DNA from: Chiloscyllium plagiosum
Taxonomy: Eukaryota
DNA: 39,568 bases
NCBI RefSeq assembly: GCF_004010195.1
Contig: NW_025214133.1
Coordinates: forward strand, 1 to 39,568
Reading direction: 5' to 3'
Translations under genes and position numbers: made by a program
Notes under the pieces: generated by a model
What the model saw: the letters and a program-made list of their open reading frames with translations, nothing else
The model's database searches: none
What the model was told of the DNA's origin: nothing
Shown here: positions 1 to 11,275 of the stretch, in pieces
How the letters are laid out: every line of letters begins with the position of its first letter
Numbering within the stretch: position 1 is the first letter of the stretch

Positions 1-1385
1 GGAGGAGGACAAACTGTGGGGAATAACAAGCCTCTTAGTTTAACCTCTGTCGTGTGGAAAATAATTAAATCTGCTATCAAAGAAGGAACATCAAAGTATC
101 TAGATAGTAATCATCCCATTGGGCAGACACAGCACCGGTTCTTAAAAGGCAGGTCACGCTCAGCTGATTTATTTTAATTCTATAAAGTCATTACGAACAT
201 GCGGATCCAGTAGTTGTGGTCTATACTAGATTTGCAAAAGGCAGTCAATACAGTGCCTCAAAAATGCTGCTGCGTAAGGTAAAGATGAATGGAGTTACGG
301 GTAATGTATTAACATGAATAGAGCACTGGTTAGCGAACAGGAAGCAGAGTGGGATTAAATTAGTATTTCTCTGGTTGGTGTTCACTGACTAGTGGTGTCC
401 CTCTGGGATCGCTGTTGGGACGCAATCCTTCACAATGTATATCTTTGTTACAGAGTTGAGCCCATGTGTCGTGTGTCAAAGTTTGCGGATGACACTAAGT
501 TGTGTGGTAGGGAAAAGTGTGCAGAGGACTGCGAAACTTTGCAAAGGGACATAGATAGATGGAGTACAATATTCATTACTGTGAAACCATCCGTCTTGGT
601 CGGAATAGCAGTATAAAGGATCATTATTTGAATGTTAAGAGAAAACTTGGAGCATGCTTCTGTGCGCAGGGACGTGGGTCACCGTGTGCATGAATCACAT
701 ACTTTTGCTTTGAGGGTGCAATCTGTAATTAAGAGGGTGCAATCTGTAATTTCTCGTACATTGCTGAACAGATTGAGTTTAAAAGCAGGGAAGTCATGTT
801 GCAGCTGTATACGATGCTGATGAGGGGACAGATGGACTACTGCATGAAAGTGTGGTCTCCTTACTGAGAAAGGAAATACTGGCACGAGAGTAGATGCAGA
901 GGTGGTTCACTCGGTTGATTCCATAGTTGTGGGGCTTGGCTTGTGAGGAGAGACTGAGTGGACTGGAATTATATATTGACTCGAAATTAGAAGAATGACG
1001 GGACGATCTTATAGAAACATATATAATTATGAAGGGAATACATAAGGCAGAAATAGGAGAAGTATCCACTGGCAGATGAAACAGACACAAGAGAGCGCAA
1101 CCTCAAAATTAAGGGGAGCAGATATCGGAAAGTTGAGAAGGAACTTCTTGACGAAGAAAGTTGTCAATCTGTGAAATTCCCTGTCCACTGAAGTAATTGA
1201 GTTTTTGTTACAGAATGTTATTGAAGCCAAGGTCGACTTTGTTCTTTCAAAAGTAAAATAATTTATGGTTATGGTGAGAGGACGTTTATGTAGAGCTGAG
1301 GCCATGAAAACATCAGTCATGATCTTGTTGAATGAACGAGCGGACTTGACGAACCAGATGGCCGACTCCTGTTCCTATTTCTTAT
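1..1385 (+). mobile_element. Decayed CR1-type LINE: RT region of ORF2 to 3' tail, cut by the window edge
   Basis: Frame 1 reads GNNKPLSLTSVVWK...GQTQHRFLKGRS (CR1 consensus NYRPVSLTS / SQHGF.KGRS). ORF 392-616 contains SKFADDTKLCG. It ends in GGCCGACTCCTGTTCCTATTTCTTAT. Multiple stops and frameshifts. Confidence 0.92.
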
Positions 1386-2832
1386 AAGAACAAAGAAAGG
1401 ACAAAGAGAATTTACAGTCCAGGAACAGGTCCTTCGGCCCTCCAAGTCTGTGCCAATCCAAATCTACTGTCTAAACCTAATTCATAACGATCTGTTTCCC
1501 TCTGCAACCCATCTACTCATGCATTTGTCCAGACGCATCTTAAATGAATCTATCGTGCCTACTTTTACTACCTTTTCTGGGAACGCGTTCCAGACACCGA
1601 CCAACTTCTGAGCGAAGTTCTTGTCGCGCGAATCCCCCTTAAACAATTCTCGTCTCGCCTTGAACTCATGACCTCTCGTTATTGAATCCCTCACCCTGCT
1701 GAACCTTTCATGATTGTGTGGACATCAACCAGCCCCCAAATCACGTTTTTACGAATGAAAACAATCCTAACTTACTCAAAATCTCTTCATAGCTAGCACC
1801 TTCCAAACCAGACAACACCCTCATAAACCGTCTCTGTGCCCTCTGCAAAGCATCCTCATCCTTTTTGTAATGTATCGACCAGAAATGTACACAATATTCT
1901 AAACGCTACTGAACCAAATTCCTGTACAGTTGTAACATGAAATACTAGCTGCTTTACTCAATACCCTTTCTGATGAAAGCAAGCATACTATATGCCTACT
2001 GGACCATTCTATTCAACTGTGCAGCCACCTTCAGGGTACAACAAATCTGAACTAAAATATTTCTCTGCTCATTAAATTTCCCTAAGGTTCGTCTGTGTAT
2101 AGTACAGTTCGCTCTAGAATTAGACTTCCCAAAATGCTTCATCTCATATCTGTCCGGATTGAACGCCATCTGCCAATTCGCCAATGAACTGTCTAGTTTA
2201 TCTATACTCTGCTGTATTCTTTGATTGTCCCCCATGCTTTCTGCTACTCCGCCAATCTTCGTGTCGTCTGCAAACTTACTGACCAGACAACCATGCCTTC
2301 TTTCAGATAATTAATGTATCACAAACAATAATGACCCCAGCACTGATCCCTGTAAAAGACAACTGGTCACCTTTCTATATTTCGAGAACCTCTCATCAAC
2401 TACTACTGTCTGTCTGCTTTTGCGCAATACGTTCTTTAGCGACGTGGCTAGAAAACCCGCCATACCATGAAACTTCACTTTTTCCATTAAATTACAATGG
2501 GAAATCTTATCAAACGCATGAATAAATTCGATGTAAATGACATCTACGTCCCTTCCTTCATCGATGATCTCTATCAATCCCTCAATAAGTTTTGTTAACT
2601 GGTAAGGCACAATCTTCCCCGCAAACAAACATGTTACCTATCACTTAAGAACCCAGTCATTTCCAAATGTAAATAGATTCGACTTCTCAGTACATTCTCC
2701 AGCAACTTTCCCATCACTGACGTCAGGTTCACTGATTTTTAGTTACGTAGAATATTTCACTTGTAGAGGGGACAACATTAACAACTCTCCATTCCTACGG
2801 TACTTCACGTGTGTTTAAGGATGCTGCAAAGT
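1386..2832 (-). mobile_element. 5'-truncated decayed CR1-type LINE inserted in the tail of the preceding element
   Basis: Minus ORFs read DVIYIEFIHAFDKISH...LQGSVLGSLLF (2311-2628), WQMAFNPDRYEMKHFGKSN (1996-2235) and TRGHEFK...VGVWNAFP (1482-1694). FADD is encoded at ~2263-2277. The tail reads AAGAACAAAG on + at 1386. Confidence 0.92.
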
Positions 2833-2919
2833 ACTTATGTTCTTATGTAATGGGGAAAGAAGTCATCACGTCACATGAAATGGGAATCATATTTGAGAAA
2901 CTGACATATACTTACAGAG

Positions 2920-4070
2920 AAGCAATGGATACAATGCACTTGGATTTTCGGAAAGGTTTTTGATAAAGAATCTGACCTAGTGTGCAAAGTCAATGATTAT
3001 GGGAATGGGGCTCAAGTGTGGACATAGTTTTAGAATAGGAGAGCTGGCACGAAACAGTGAACAGAAATATAATTATCTGTTTGAAGTGGAAGCCTCATGA
3101 AATGTCGCAGAAAATAGTGTTTGGGCCCCGGCTATTCTCAATATTTGTCAAAAATTGGGTTGTGGGTATCAAATGCAATATATGCCAGTCTGCTGTTGGC
3201 ACTAACGAATGTTGCATTGTGAGTGGGTGAGGTCGATTGTAAAAAGCTCCAGGGTGATTGGGACAAGTGCAATGAATTGGAAAATATGTTACTGATGAAA
3301 AACAATGTGGATAGATGTGACATTGTCCACTTAGATTTGAACAACAGAACAGCAGTCTAATTGGGAAAAGGATTGGTTAAAAATGTTGATCGTCAAAGGA
3401 ACTTGTGTTCTTTTATTTTTGTTTTCTTCTGTACAGACCTCCGAGGTCCGTGCAGGGCAGTTTACGCTGAAGCCAAAAGTCAATACTGGAATGGCATCGG
3501 CACACTGACCAGTGTACATGAATTCACGAGTGGGTAGCTGTATCATTGGACAGGATCTGGATCCCCCTGTACACCAGTCACTGAAAGCAATATTGCAGGA
3601 GCGAAAAGCACTTACAATGGTAAATGATGCGTTGACTCATTTTTGAGACGGCAGGTTTGTTGTGGAAGCAGAGTCAGGGTCAAGTCAGCCGATACCCCGA
3701 AACCTTGGGGTTTGGAAAATGAGAAGAGATCTCAATGAAATATATAAGACTGTGACACTGATTGGAAGCATATATGCTAAGTCCCCATGCAAGGATGTCT
3801 GAAACAAGGAGCCACACTATTAGGTACAGGCAGACGACTCTGCATTCAAATAAGAATAAATGTTTGATTCAGAGATTATGAACCTGGGAATTCTCACCCA
3901 CGTAAAGCTGTAGAAGAGAAGGCACTGAATATAAGGATTCCGAGAAACTGAAGGGAGAGGGAGAGAGCTGGAGTATGCAGTGTGGAAAAAGAATCAGCCA
4001 TCATTATGTTGGTTTGGGTGGAAAAAGTCGAAGGACCAAAGGAAATACGGCAGTTCCTATTTTACACTTT
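2920..4070 (+). mobile_element. Old, heavily decayed CR1-type LINE fragment (RT to 3' end)
   Basis: Remnant motifs: LDFRK(A)FDK at ~2939-2968, LGP.LF.IF at 3121-3150 and VHQSLK at ~3569-3586. CR1-like 3' UTR at 3990-4065. Boundaries approximate. Confidence 0.75.
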
Positions 4071-4084
4071 CTCAAGGCCAATCG

Positions 4085-4200
4085 CATTAATGGATGAGTA
4101 CATTGGAGGTAAAATTGGACTGAGGAGATGTCCGACCAACAACTAGGATGGGAACGATCAATGTGCTGAATGGCCTACTCCTTTTCCGAAGTTTCTGTAC
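4085..4200 (+). mobile_element. Short CR1-like 3'-end remnant
   Basis: GCTGAATGGCCTACTCCT...TTTCTGTA resembles the 3' terminus of the other CR1 copies in the window. Confidence 0.5.
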
Positions 4201-4639
4201 AGTCTGCGGGAAAGCCCTGTAAAAGTTGTGTCAAGCTCTCAGATGTTTGGAAGGAGGCTTCTGCAGAATCGACTGGAATGTGTTTCCCATTCCTTTTTCC
4301 GATACTGAGACTGGTGCCGGGTGTTGTGTCCGCTATAATTCGTTAATACCTCGAAGCAGTTTGGTGCAATTGACTGTCTTTCTTGGCTATTTCAGAGACA
4401 ATTGAAGAGATTATCATTTTTTTTTCTGTTTGCTGGAGTAATGCTTATGGCAGACCAGTAAAGTACGAGAGATTCCCTTCCAGAAAATACATTGGGGAAG
4501 CAAATTGGTGTTTGAAATCGACATTAGCTTCAAGGTCACTACGGCTAAAAGCAGATTTTGGATCACGATATTTTAGTATTTGTTTTCTTTTATTTGACCT
4601 CCACCAGCTTTCAGCGTAGTAGTCTGGTCTGGATTAGTA

Positions 4640-5480
4640 ATCCAGTGATATTTCCACAACAACACAATCTCCACATCGGCACCTATTGGAAACTACACTC
4701 TGTAGGTTAATTCAATGCTGGCTGACTCCCCTATCAAAAAGAACTTCCACCAATTTGATTATCGTGATGACACTCAGGAGGTGTCAATTAGTCAGATTGT
4801 AATTATTCTCCTCTTCAGGAACTGGACATAGTTGAGTAATTTTCCATATTGCTCGATAGATGTAAGAGTTGGAGCTGGAATAAAACAGCTTCCCTAGGGG
4901 CATGACTTATTGTGCAACACAAGTCTTCATTCCTATTGAAGGAATAATGTCAGAACCCATTGTTTTGCCTTAACCAATGTGTTCAGCTGTTTCTTAATGT
5001 CACGTGACAGTGAATCTATTAAGTGAAGACTGGCATCTGTGATTCTGTGTGCACAATGGCGAGGGTGGTCAAAACTTCTGGCTGAGGATGGTGCCAATAC
5101 TGCATTCTTGACGTTTACACTGATGTTCAAGTCGTCCTCCAGTACTTAGAATACGGATATTTGTGGTGCCCTCTCCGCCAGAGAATTGTTTAACTGTCCA
5201 TCACCATTTATGACTGAATTTAGTAGATCTGTTGTCCTGTTTGTCTTGGGATCATTTCGTCCTCTCGATCACATGTTAGTACCACTGTTTTGAAGGCAAG
5301 CAGTCAAGTGAATTAACTTGAAGGGGTTACATCACCTTTTGGTACACATGGTTCTATCCCTGGCATGTTCACCCACACCCATCACTGAACCACAGATCGG
5401 CTGGATGTTAATGATAGACTGAGGGATTATCCCGAGGAAAATGGTACAGTTTGCACTTGAATATAATTCTGCTTTTGTTG
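4640..5480 (-). mobile_element. Decayed non-LTR retrotransposon ORF2 fragment (Jockey-group, CR1/L2-like, distinct from the main CR1 family)
   Basis: Minus ORF 4933-5130 contains DIKKQLNTLVKAK. Adjacent frames give remnants of the KAxGPD.IP..LKTC and IIKLVE pre-RT motifs. Boundaries approximate. Confidence 0.65.
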
Positions 5481-6613
5481 CTTTTGTGGTCTACAACATC
5501 ACATCAATGTAGGAATTCTGTATTTAACGAAATTCGGAGACCCAGATCATTGAACGCATTTAAAGAGGATATTTCACTTAGAAATGAATTGAGTGCGATG
5601 AAAATCAGTAATGACAGAGGAGTTTGAGAGTCATGGATTTTTAGAGTCATGCAATATGCAAACAGACCATTCAGCCCACTCGTCTATGTTCACCAGTTTT
5701 CCAAAACTAAACTAGTCATATTTTACTTCTTTTGGTACACAGCCCTAGAAACCTTTGTTGTTCATGCAGTGATCTAATTATCTTCTATACTTTGTAATTG
5801 TATGAGTCTCGACCACTTGCTATGACAGGTCCTTACATATATACACTACGCTCGTGAATAAGCATCTGCCCCTTCGATCACTTTTATGTCTCTTCCCTCT
5901 CACCTTAAACCAACACTCTCTGGTTTTGGACACTTCAACCTGGGGAAATGAACTTGCCTGTCCATCCGCTCCATGTGCCTCATGATTTTGTAAATCTCTA
6001 TAACGTCACTCTTCAGCCTCCTGTGCAAACGGAGCAAAATCCCAGCCTGTCCATTTCCCTCTAAACCTCCAATTTCTTTCGCATCATTTTAAAAATGTTT
6101 GTTCCCCTTTCCAGTTCATTACATCCTTCCTATAGCAAGGCGACAAGAATTGAACTCAGTACTGCAAATGCGGCATTCTCTTGAACAGCCACAACGTGAT
6201 GTCCCAGCTTATGTACTCAGTACTCTGACGATGAAGGTAAGAATATCTAATGCCTTCTTCACTGTCCCGTCTACCAGTATCTCCACTTTCAAGGAAATGT
6301 GCACCTGCAGCCTGGGTCTCTCTGTTTGACAACACTACCCAGTGCCCTCCCGTTAACTGTGCAAATCTCGCCCTAATTTTCTAACAAAATGCAACACCTC
6401 GCATTTATCTGCATGAAGCTTCATCTGCCATTGCTCGGCCCACTGGTCCAGTTGATCAAGATCTCATTGTTCTCTTAAAAAGCCTTTTTCACTGTTTACT
6501 ACAACACCAAATTTGGTTTCGTCTACAAACTTACTATTCACGTTTCCTATATTCTCAGCCCAATTATTTCCCAAAACGATGAACAACAGTGGCATGGTCC
6601 TCTGGCACATGGT

Positions 6614-7601
6614 NNNNNNNNNNNNNNNNNNNNNNNNNNNNNNNNNNNNNNNNNNNNNNNNNNNNNNNNNNNNNNNNNNNNNNNNNNNNNNNNNNNNNNN
6701 NNNNNNNNNNNNNNNNNNNNNNNNNNNNNNNNNNNNNNNNNNNNNNNNNNNNNNNNNNNNNNNNNNNNNNNNNNNNNNNNNNNNNNNNNNNNNNNNNNNN
6801 NNNNNNNNNNNNNNNNNNNNNNNNNNNNNNNNNNNNNNNNNNNNNNNNNNNNNNNNNNNNNNNNNNNNNNNNNNNNNNNNNNNNNNNNNNNNNNNNNNNN
6901 NNNNNNNNNNNNNNNNNNNNNNNNNNNNNNNNNNNNNNNNNNNNNNNNNNNNNNNNNNNNNNNNNNNNNNNNNNNNNNNNNNNNNNNNNNNNNNNNNNNN
7001 NNNNNNNNNNNNNNNNNNNNNNNNNNNNNNNNNNNNNNNNNNNNNNNNNNNNNNNNNNNNNNNNNNNNNNNNNNNNNNNNNNNNNNNNNNNNNNNNNNNN
7101 NNNNNNNNNNNNNNNNNNNNNNNNNNNNNNNNNNNNNNNNNNNNNNNNNNNNNNNNNNNNNNNNNNNNNNNNNNNNNNNNNNNNNNNNNNNNNNNNNNNN
7201 NNNNNNNNNNNNNNNNNNNNNNNNNNNNNNNNNNNNNNNNNNNNNNNNNNNNNNNNNNNNNNNNNNNNNNNNNNNNNNNNNNNNNNNNNNNNNNNNNNNN
7301 NNNNNNNNNNNNNNNNNNNNNNNNNNNNNNNNNNNNNNNNNNNNNNNNNNNNNNNNNNNNNNNNNNNNNNNNNNNNNNNNNNNNNNNNNNNNNNNNNNNN
7401 NNNNNNNNNNNNNNNNNNNNNNNNNNNNNNNNNNNNNNNNNNNNNNNNNNNNNNNNNNNNNNNNNNNNNNNNNNNNNNNNNNNNNNNNNNNNNNNNNNNN
7501 NNNNNNNNNNNNNNNNNNNNNNNNNNNNNNNNNNNNNNNNNNNNNNNNNNNNNNNNNNNNNNNNNNNNNNNNNNNNNNNNNNNNNNNNNNNNNNNNNNNN
7601 N
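6614..7601. other. Assembly gap (988 N)
   Basis: Run of N. Confidence 1.
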
Positions 7602-7735
7602 CCATTACTGCCTCTTCTGTAATTTGACCTCGTTTCAAAACATCACATTATTTTGTTTCCCCGAGTTCCCTCGCGTTCATGTCTTTCTCCACAGTAAGAA
7701 ATGATGCAATATATTCGTGTAGGATCTCACCCATC

Positions 7736-8813
7736 CACCAGGAGAAAGATGGAAGGCAGCGGAGTCGGGTTGATCAAGTCCTTGGGAAGTGTGTGTAACC
7801 AGCGTGGCCAGGCACATATAGATTGTATTGTTGAACTGGTAACAGTGTTTATGTGATTGTTTTTTCCAGTTTTGCACAAAGGTCTGAAATGCTTTGCATT
7901 TTGCATTTGTTTTTTTTTGTTAGTTTTCAATGTTGTACAAAAATTCTGAACAATGGGTGGGATGGGGGATGGGATGCATTTCTATGTAAGATTGCTTCAC
8001 AAGTGTCATCTTGTAAATTTCCAATCTCCTCATGTTCATTGATTTGACAATAAACCTCACAAACCTAATTTATCTCCCGTCGTTCCACACAGAGACTTTT
8101 GAAGATGTGGGTGTACCTTTCGGAGAATGAAAAGCAGCAGAACAACAAGATACAGCACCAAGTGTTCTCAGTAAGACAACAATTTAACACTGTGTCAAAT
8201 AACTCGATTAGCTCATTGCCTGGAGTAAAAAAAAAACAAATTTGAAACCTGCCGTTCATTTCAATTATACCCTGGAAAAATAATTCTAATCAAATTTGAA
8301 TTGAGTATATTGACAATCTTAAAATCCAAGGATACAATCCCATTCTCTGGGGTAAAGGACTGGGGGGACATTGAGCAGGGTTGGGAGGAGAACTGCCAAG
8401 TCCAAGCCTGTAACAGACGGCTTGAAAACAAAACTCACTTTAAAGTACCTTTTCCATCAGTAACCTGAAACAAAGAAATTCTGAACAAGGAGAGCGAAGA
8501 CACATAAAGATTCAAAGACAAGAGACTAAAACTATCTGGTTTTGAGATAAGAAGTTGTTTGTTTTTATAAACCTTAATTGGGAGTTTAATCGGACAAGTA
8601 TGATGGAAGGGAAAGTAAAAGATAGCTTAGAGAAAGAAATTGTAAATAGTGGTCAGTTGATTGTTCTCCGTTATACTTTAAGAAATAAAGTTGTTCATTT
8701 TTACTTTATATTGTTCTTGGCCACTCAATCTTTTACAGATTGCCGCACGTTATAAATCTTTTCTGAATTGCTGGTTTTAAATTAAGCAGGAGAGTTTACC
8801 CGGTGTCGTAAGA
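7736..8813 (+). mobile_element. ~1.08 kb non-coding insertion in the CR1, probable solo or partial LTR
   Basis: It interrupts collinear CR1 ORF2 coding sequence. AATAAA at ~8684 is followed by a T-rich tract. It ends GGAGAGTTTACCCGGTGTCGTAAGA (TAACA-like terminus). No clear 5' TG and no TSD seen. Confidence 0.55.
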
Positions 8814-9158
8814 CATGGCTCTATGTTTTTAAGAGGCTCTATTCTCTCCCTAGTTTCCCTTAAGCCTTTAAGACTATTGTCGAAACTCTTTTGATACTCC
8901 TTAACCTAACCAGCCAAAACTATTTCATGCCCCTTTCTTTACCTTATGGTTTCCCTTGGAAATCAACTCGAGCACCCCGTACACTCAAGGGATTCACTTG
9001 ATCCCCGCTTTCGACAGGTGACGTTTCGATCCTTCTTTTTCCTTGACCAGAGCTTCCATAGCCACGTCATATGCTGTTTCTACTGATGCATGCATGGCCC
9101 TACACACTAATAGGAACATGCTGTTCCTGAAAACTCATTATCTAGCTTTTGAAAGACT

Positions 9159-9360
9159 TCAGGTAAAAACAATGACTGCAGATGCTGGAAAGCAGATTCT
9201 GAATTAGTGGTGCTGGAAAAAAACAGCAGTTCAGGCAGCATCCGAGAGCAGTAAAATCGACGTGTATTCCTGATGAAGGGCTTTTGCCCGAAACGTCGAT
9301 ATTACTGCTCCTCGGATGCTGCCTGAACTGCTGTGCTTTTCCAGCACCACTAATCCACAA
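9159..9360. mobile_element. Short palindromic Penelope-like (PLE-derived) non-autonomous insertion with 12-bp TSD
   Basis: TSD TTTTGAAAGACT at 9147-9158 and 9361-9372. Inverted arms at 9201-9263 and 9293-9356. Same family as 35868-35996 and 39444-39568. Confidence 0.8.
9266..9301 (+). ncRNA. Minimal type I hammerhead ribozyme motif
   Basis: CTGATGA (9270-9276), A, GGGC-TTTT-GCCC, GAAA, CGTC. Core and stem II intact; stem I weak (TC/GA). Confidence 0.7.
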
Positions 9361-9684
9361 TTTTGAAAGACTCCCACTTTCGTGCGTCCCTCTATGTGTA
9401 CACAGGTTCCCCCTAATAATTTGTTAGAAGTTCCTGCCTGATACCATCAAAATTAGCCTTGTCCTGATTTTAATTTTATCTCGTGGGCCAGGCCTAACAT
9501 CTTCCAGAAGTATTTTGAAACGAAGAGAATTACACTCACTGGTCCCAAACTGCTCTCAATCCAACATCTCAGTCAATTGAACTGCATTATTTTCTCAAAT
9601 GAAATAAAGTTGAGGCCTAGACTTGATCAACCATGGTGTTAGTGGATGGTAAGGCGGGCATTAGGTATCGAGTATCTGCATAAA

Positions 9685-9790
9685 ACTGTGTGTATATGTC
9701 TGTGTGCATGTGTGTTTTTATCTGTGTTTTTCTGTTTCTCATTGTGTGCTTTAGTCTATTAATGTGTGTATCTCTGCATCTGCATCTCTG
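9685..9790. repeat. Degenerate TG/TC-rich low-complexity tract
   Basis: Interrupted TGTG and TCTG runs. Confidence 0.6.
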
Positions 9791-9830
9791 AGCATTTTTG
9801 TTTCGATTGTTTTGGCAGTCAATCCATTGA

Positions 9831-9970
9831 CATAGAGTCATAGAGATGTACAGCAAAGAAACAGGCCCTTCGGAACAACCCGTCCATGCCGACCAGATAT
9901 CCCAACCCAATCTAGTCCCACCTGCCAGCACCTGACCGATATCCCTCCAAATCCTTCCTATTCATATAGC
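9831..9970 (-). mobile_element. Short CR1 3'-end fragment
   Basis: CATAGAGTCATAGAGATGTACAGC...AAACAGGCCCTTCGG is the reverse complement of a CR1 tail. Confidence 0.8.
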
Positions 9971-10223
9971 AAACAAAATGTCCCTCCTTCTCTCACTCTC
10001 TCGCCACTTATCTTTCACTTTTGTCTTTAAAGTGATTTATTGCTACCTTCTGCTGGCTGCCCCCCTCCAATACATAAGCAGCAGCTTTATTTCGAAAAGA
10101 AATCAAAGATAGTGACTCCCTCACACTTGAATTGAATTGGTTTGATTGTTGTGTGCACTCTAATGGATGCAGTTAAAACTTTGAATATCCTCTCTTTTTG
10201 CACCATATTAGCTCGAAGATTCA

Positions 10224-10550
10224 GGCAGCACGGTAGCTCAGTGGTTCGCACTGCTGCCTCATAGCGCCAGGGACCCACTTTAGATTACAAACTGTCTGTG
10301 TCGAATTTGCACATCCTTGCATGCCCGTGTGGGTTTCTGGTGGGTGCTCCGGTTTCTTCACACAATGCAAAGAAGTGCAGTTTAGGTAAATTGATCTTGC
10401 CAAATAATCCATAATGTTCAAGGATATGTAGGTCAGGTGGATGAGTCAGGGGCAAATGTCGAATAATAGGCTAGGGGAATGAGTCTCGTTGGGTTACTCT
10501 TCAGAGGGTCGGCGCTGACTTGTTTAGTCACATGAACTGTTTCCTCACTG
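10224..10550 (+). mobile_element. tRNA-derived SINE (HE1-like) with CR1-type tail
   Basis: Head GGCAGCACGGTAGCTCAGTGGTTCGCACTGCTGCCTCATAGCGCCAGGGACCC (Pol III A box), core TTTGCACAT...GTGGGTTTC...GGGTGCTCCGGTTTC, tail CTGTTTCCTCACTG. Confidence 0.88.
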
Positions 10551-10885
10551 CATTTAGAACCACTATAGTTTAAAAAGAACAGGTCATTTGTCCCAATAAT
10601 TGCACACCGAAGCTCCAAAGAGTAATTCACCCACACACATTCCTCTACTACATAACATTTATCCCTTACTAATGCACCTAACCTACCCTCTCCCAACGCG
10701 ATGGCCAATTTAGCGTGGCCAATTCCTGCACATATTTGGATTGTGGAAGAAATCCGCAGGACTTGGAGGAAACCCGTGCAGACACGTGAAAATGTGCAGA
10801 CCCCACAAAGACAGTCTCCCGAGGCTGGAATTGAACCCGGTGCTGTGAGGAAGTCGTTGTAACCAGGGAGTCACCTTCCTGCCCC
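10551..10885 (-). mobile_element. tRNA-derived SINE (HE1-like), opposite orientation
   Basis: Aligns by eye with 28708-29014. B box GGAATTGAACCC (rc GGGTTCAATTCC) at ~10827-10838. Confidence 0.85.
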
Positions 10886-11029
10886 CTATAGAGATTCGAT
10901 GTCTAGGTACAGATAATCAAAGATTTGGTCCAAATTTGAAAGAATAATAGTTGAAATTGTGGAATAAGAAAGAAAGGATAAAAAAAGAAAAAGAACTCGA
11001 TTTCCAGTGCCTTACATCCCAGTCTATAC

Positions 11030-11275
11030 CAAGAGCACAGACTGCACCACGCCCTGCCTCCAGACCGCAGCAGACCAGTCTCCAGACTGCACCGGACCCG
11101 TACCGGGCCCATTCCCAGGCTGTACCAGGCACAGGCTTCAGACCGCATCGGTCTCAGACTCCAGCCCACTCTGGGCCCAGTCTCCAGACCGCACCGGGAC
11201 CAGTGTCCTTACAGCACCAGACCCAGTCTCCATACATCACCAGGCTTCAAAACCCGGAGATCCGCACCAGCCTCC
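11030..11275. repeat. Degenerate GC-rich minisatellite, unit ~CCAGTCTCCAGACCGCACCGGGAC (~22-26 bp)
   Basis: CCAGTCTCCA recurs at ~11075, 11177 and 11223. CAGACCGCA recurs at ~11061, 11139 and 11185. Confidence 0.7.

Larger units (their letters stand above)
5626..9620 (-). mobile_element. Long CR1-type LINE split by an assembly gap and two insertions (pieces 5626-6613, 7602-7735, 8814-9158, 9361-9620)
   Basis: Tail AGAGTCATG repeats at 5627-5651. SKFVDETK at ~6513-6536. GEILHEYIASFLTVEKDM at 7678-7734 (consensus MGEILNEYFASVFT). RERIEPLK and RKGHEIVLA at 8825-8940. The pieces are collinear with ORF2. Confidence 0.8.

Noticed and set aside
712..751. 19-bp direct repeat GAGGGTGCAATCTGTAATT
   Set aside because: A small duplication scar inside a dead CR1 with no sign of function.
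4383..4619. ORF with IEEIII...AYGRPV as the missing GPCR exon 1
   Set aside because: The resemblance is superficial. It is not a clean hydrophobic TM1, has a TTG start and has no canonical phase-1 donor at the expected place.
6513..7704. 360-370 aa ORFs, and likewise 36497-37648
   Set aside because: Artefacts of translating through N gaps.
9256..9300. Type III hammerhead formed using the inverted arm
   Set aside because: The cleavage triplet would be GUG and only 5 nt remain for stem I, so this fold should be inactive.
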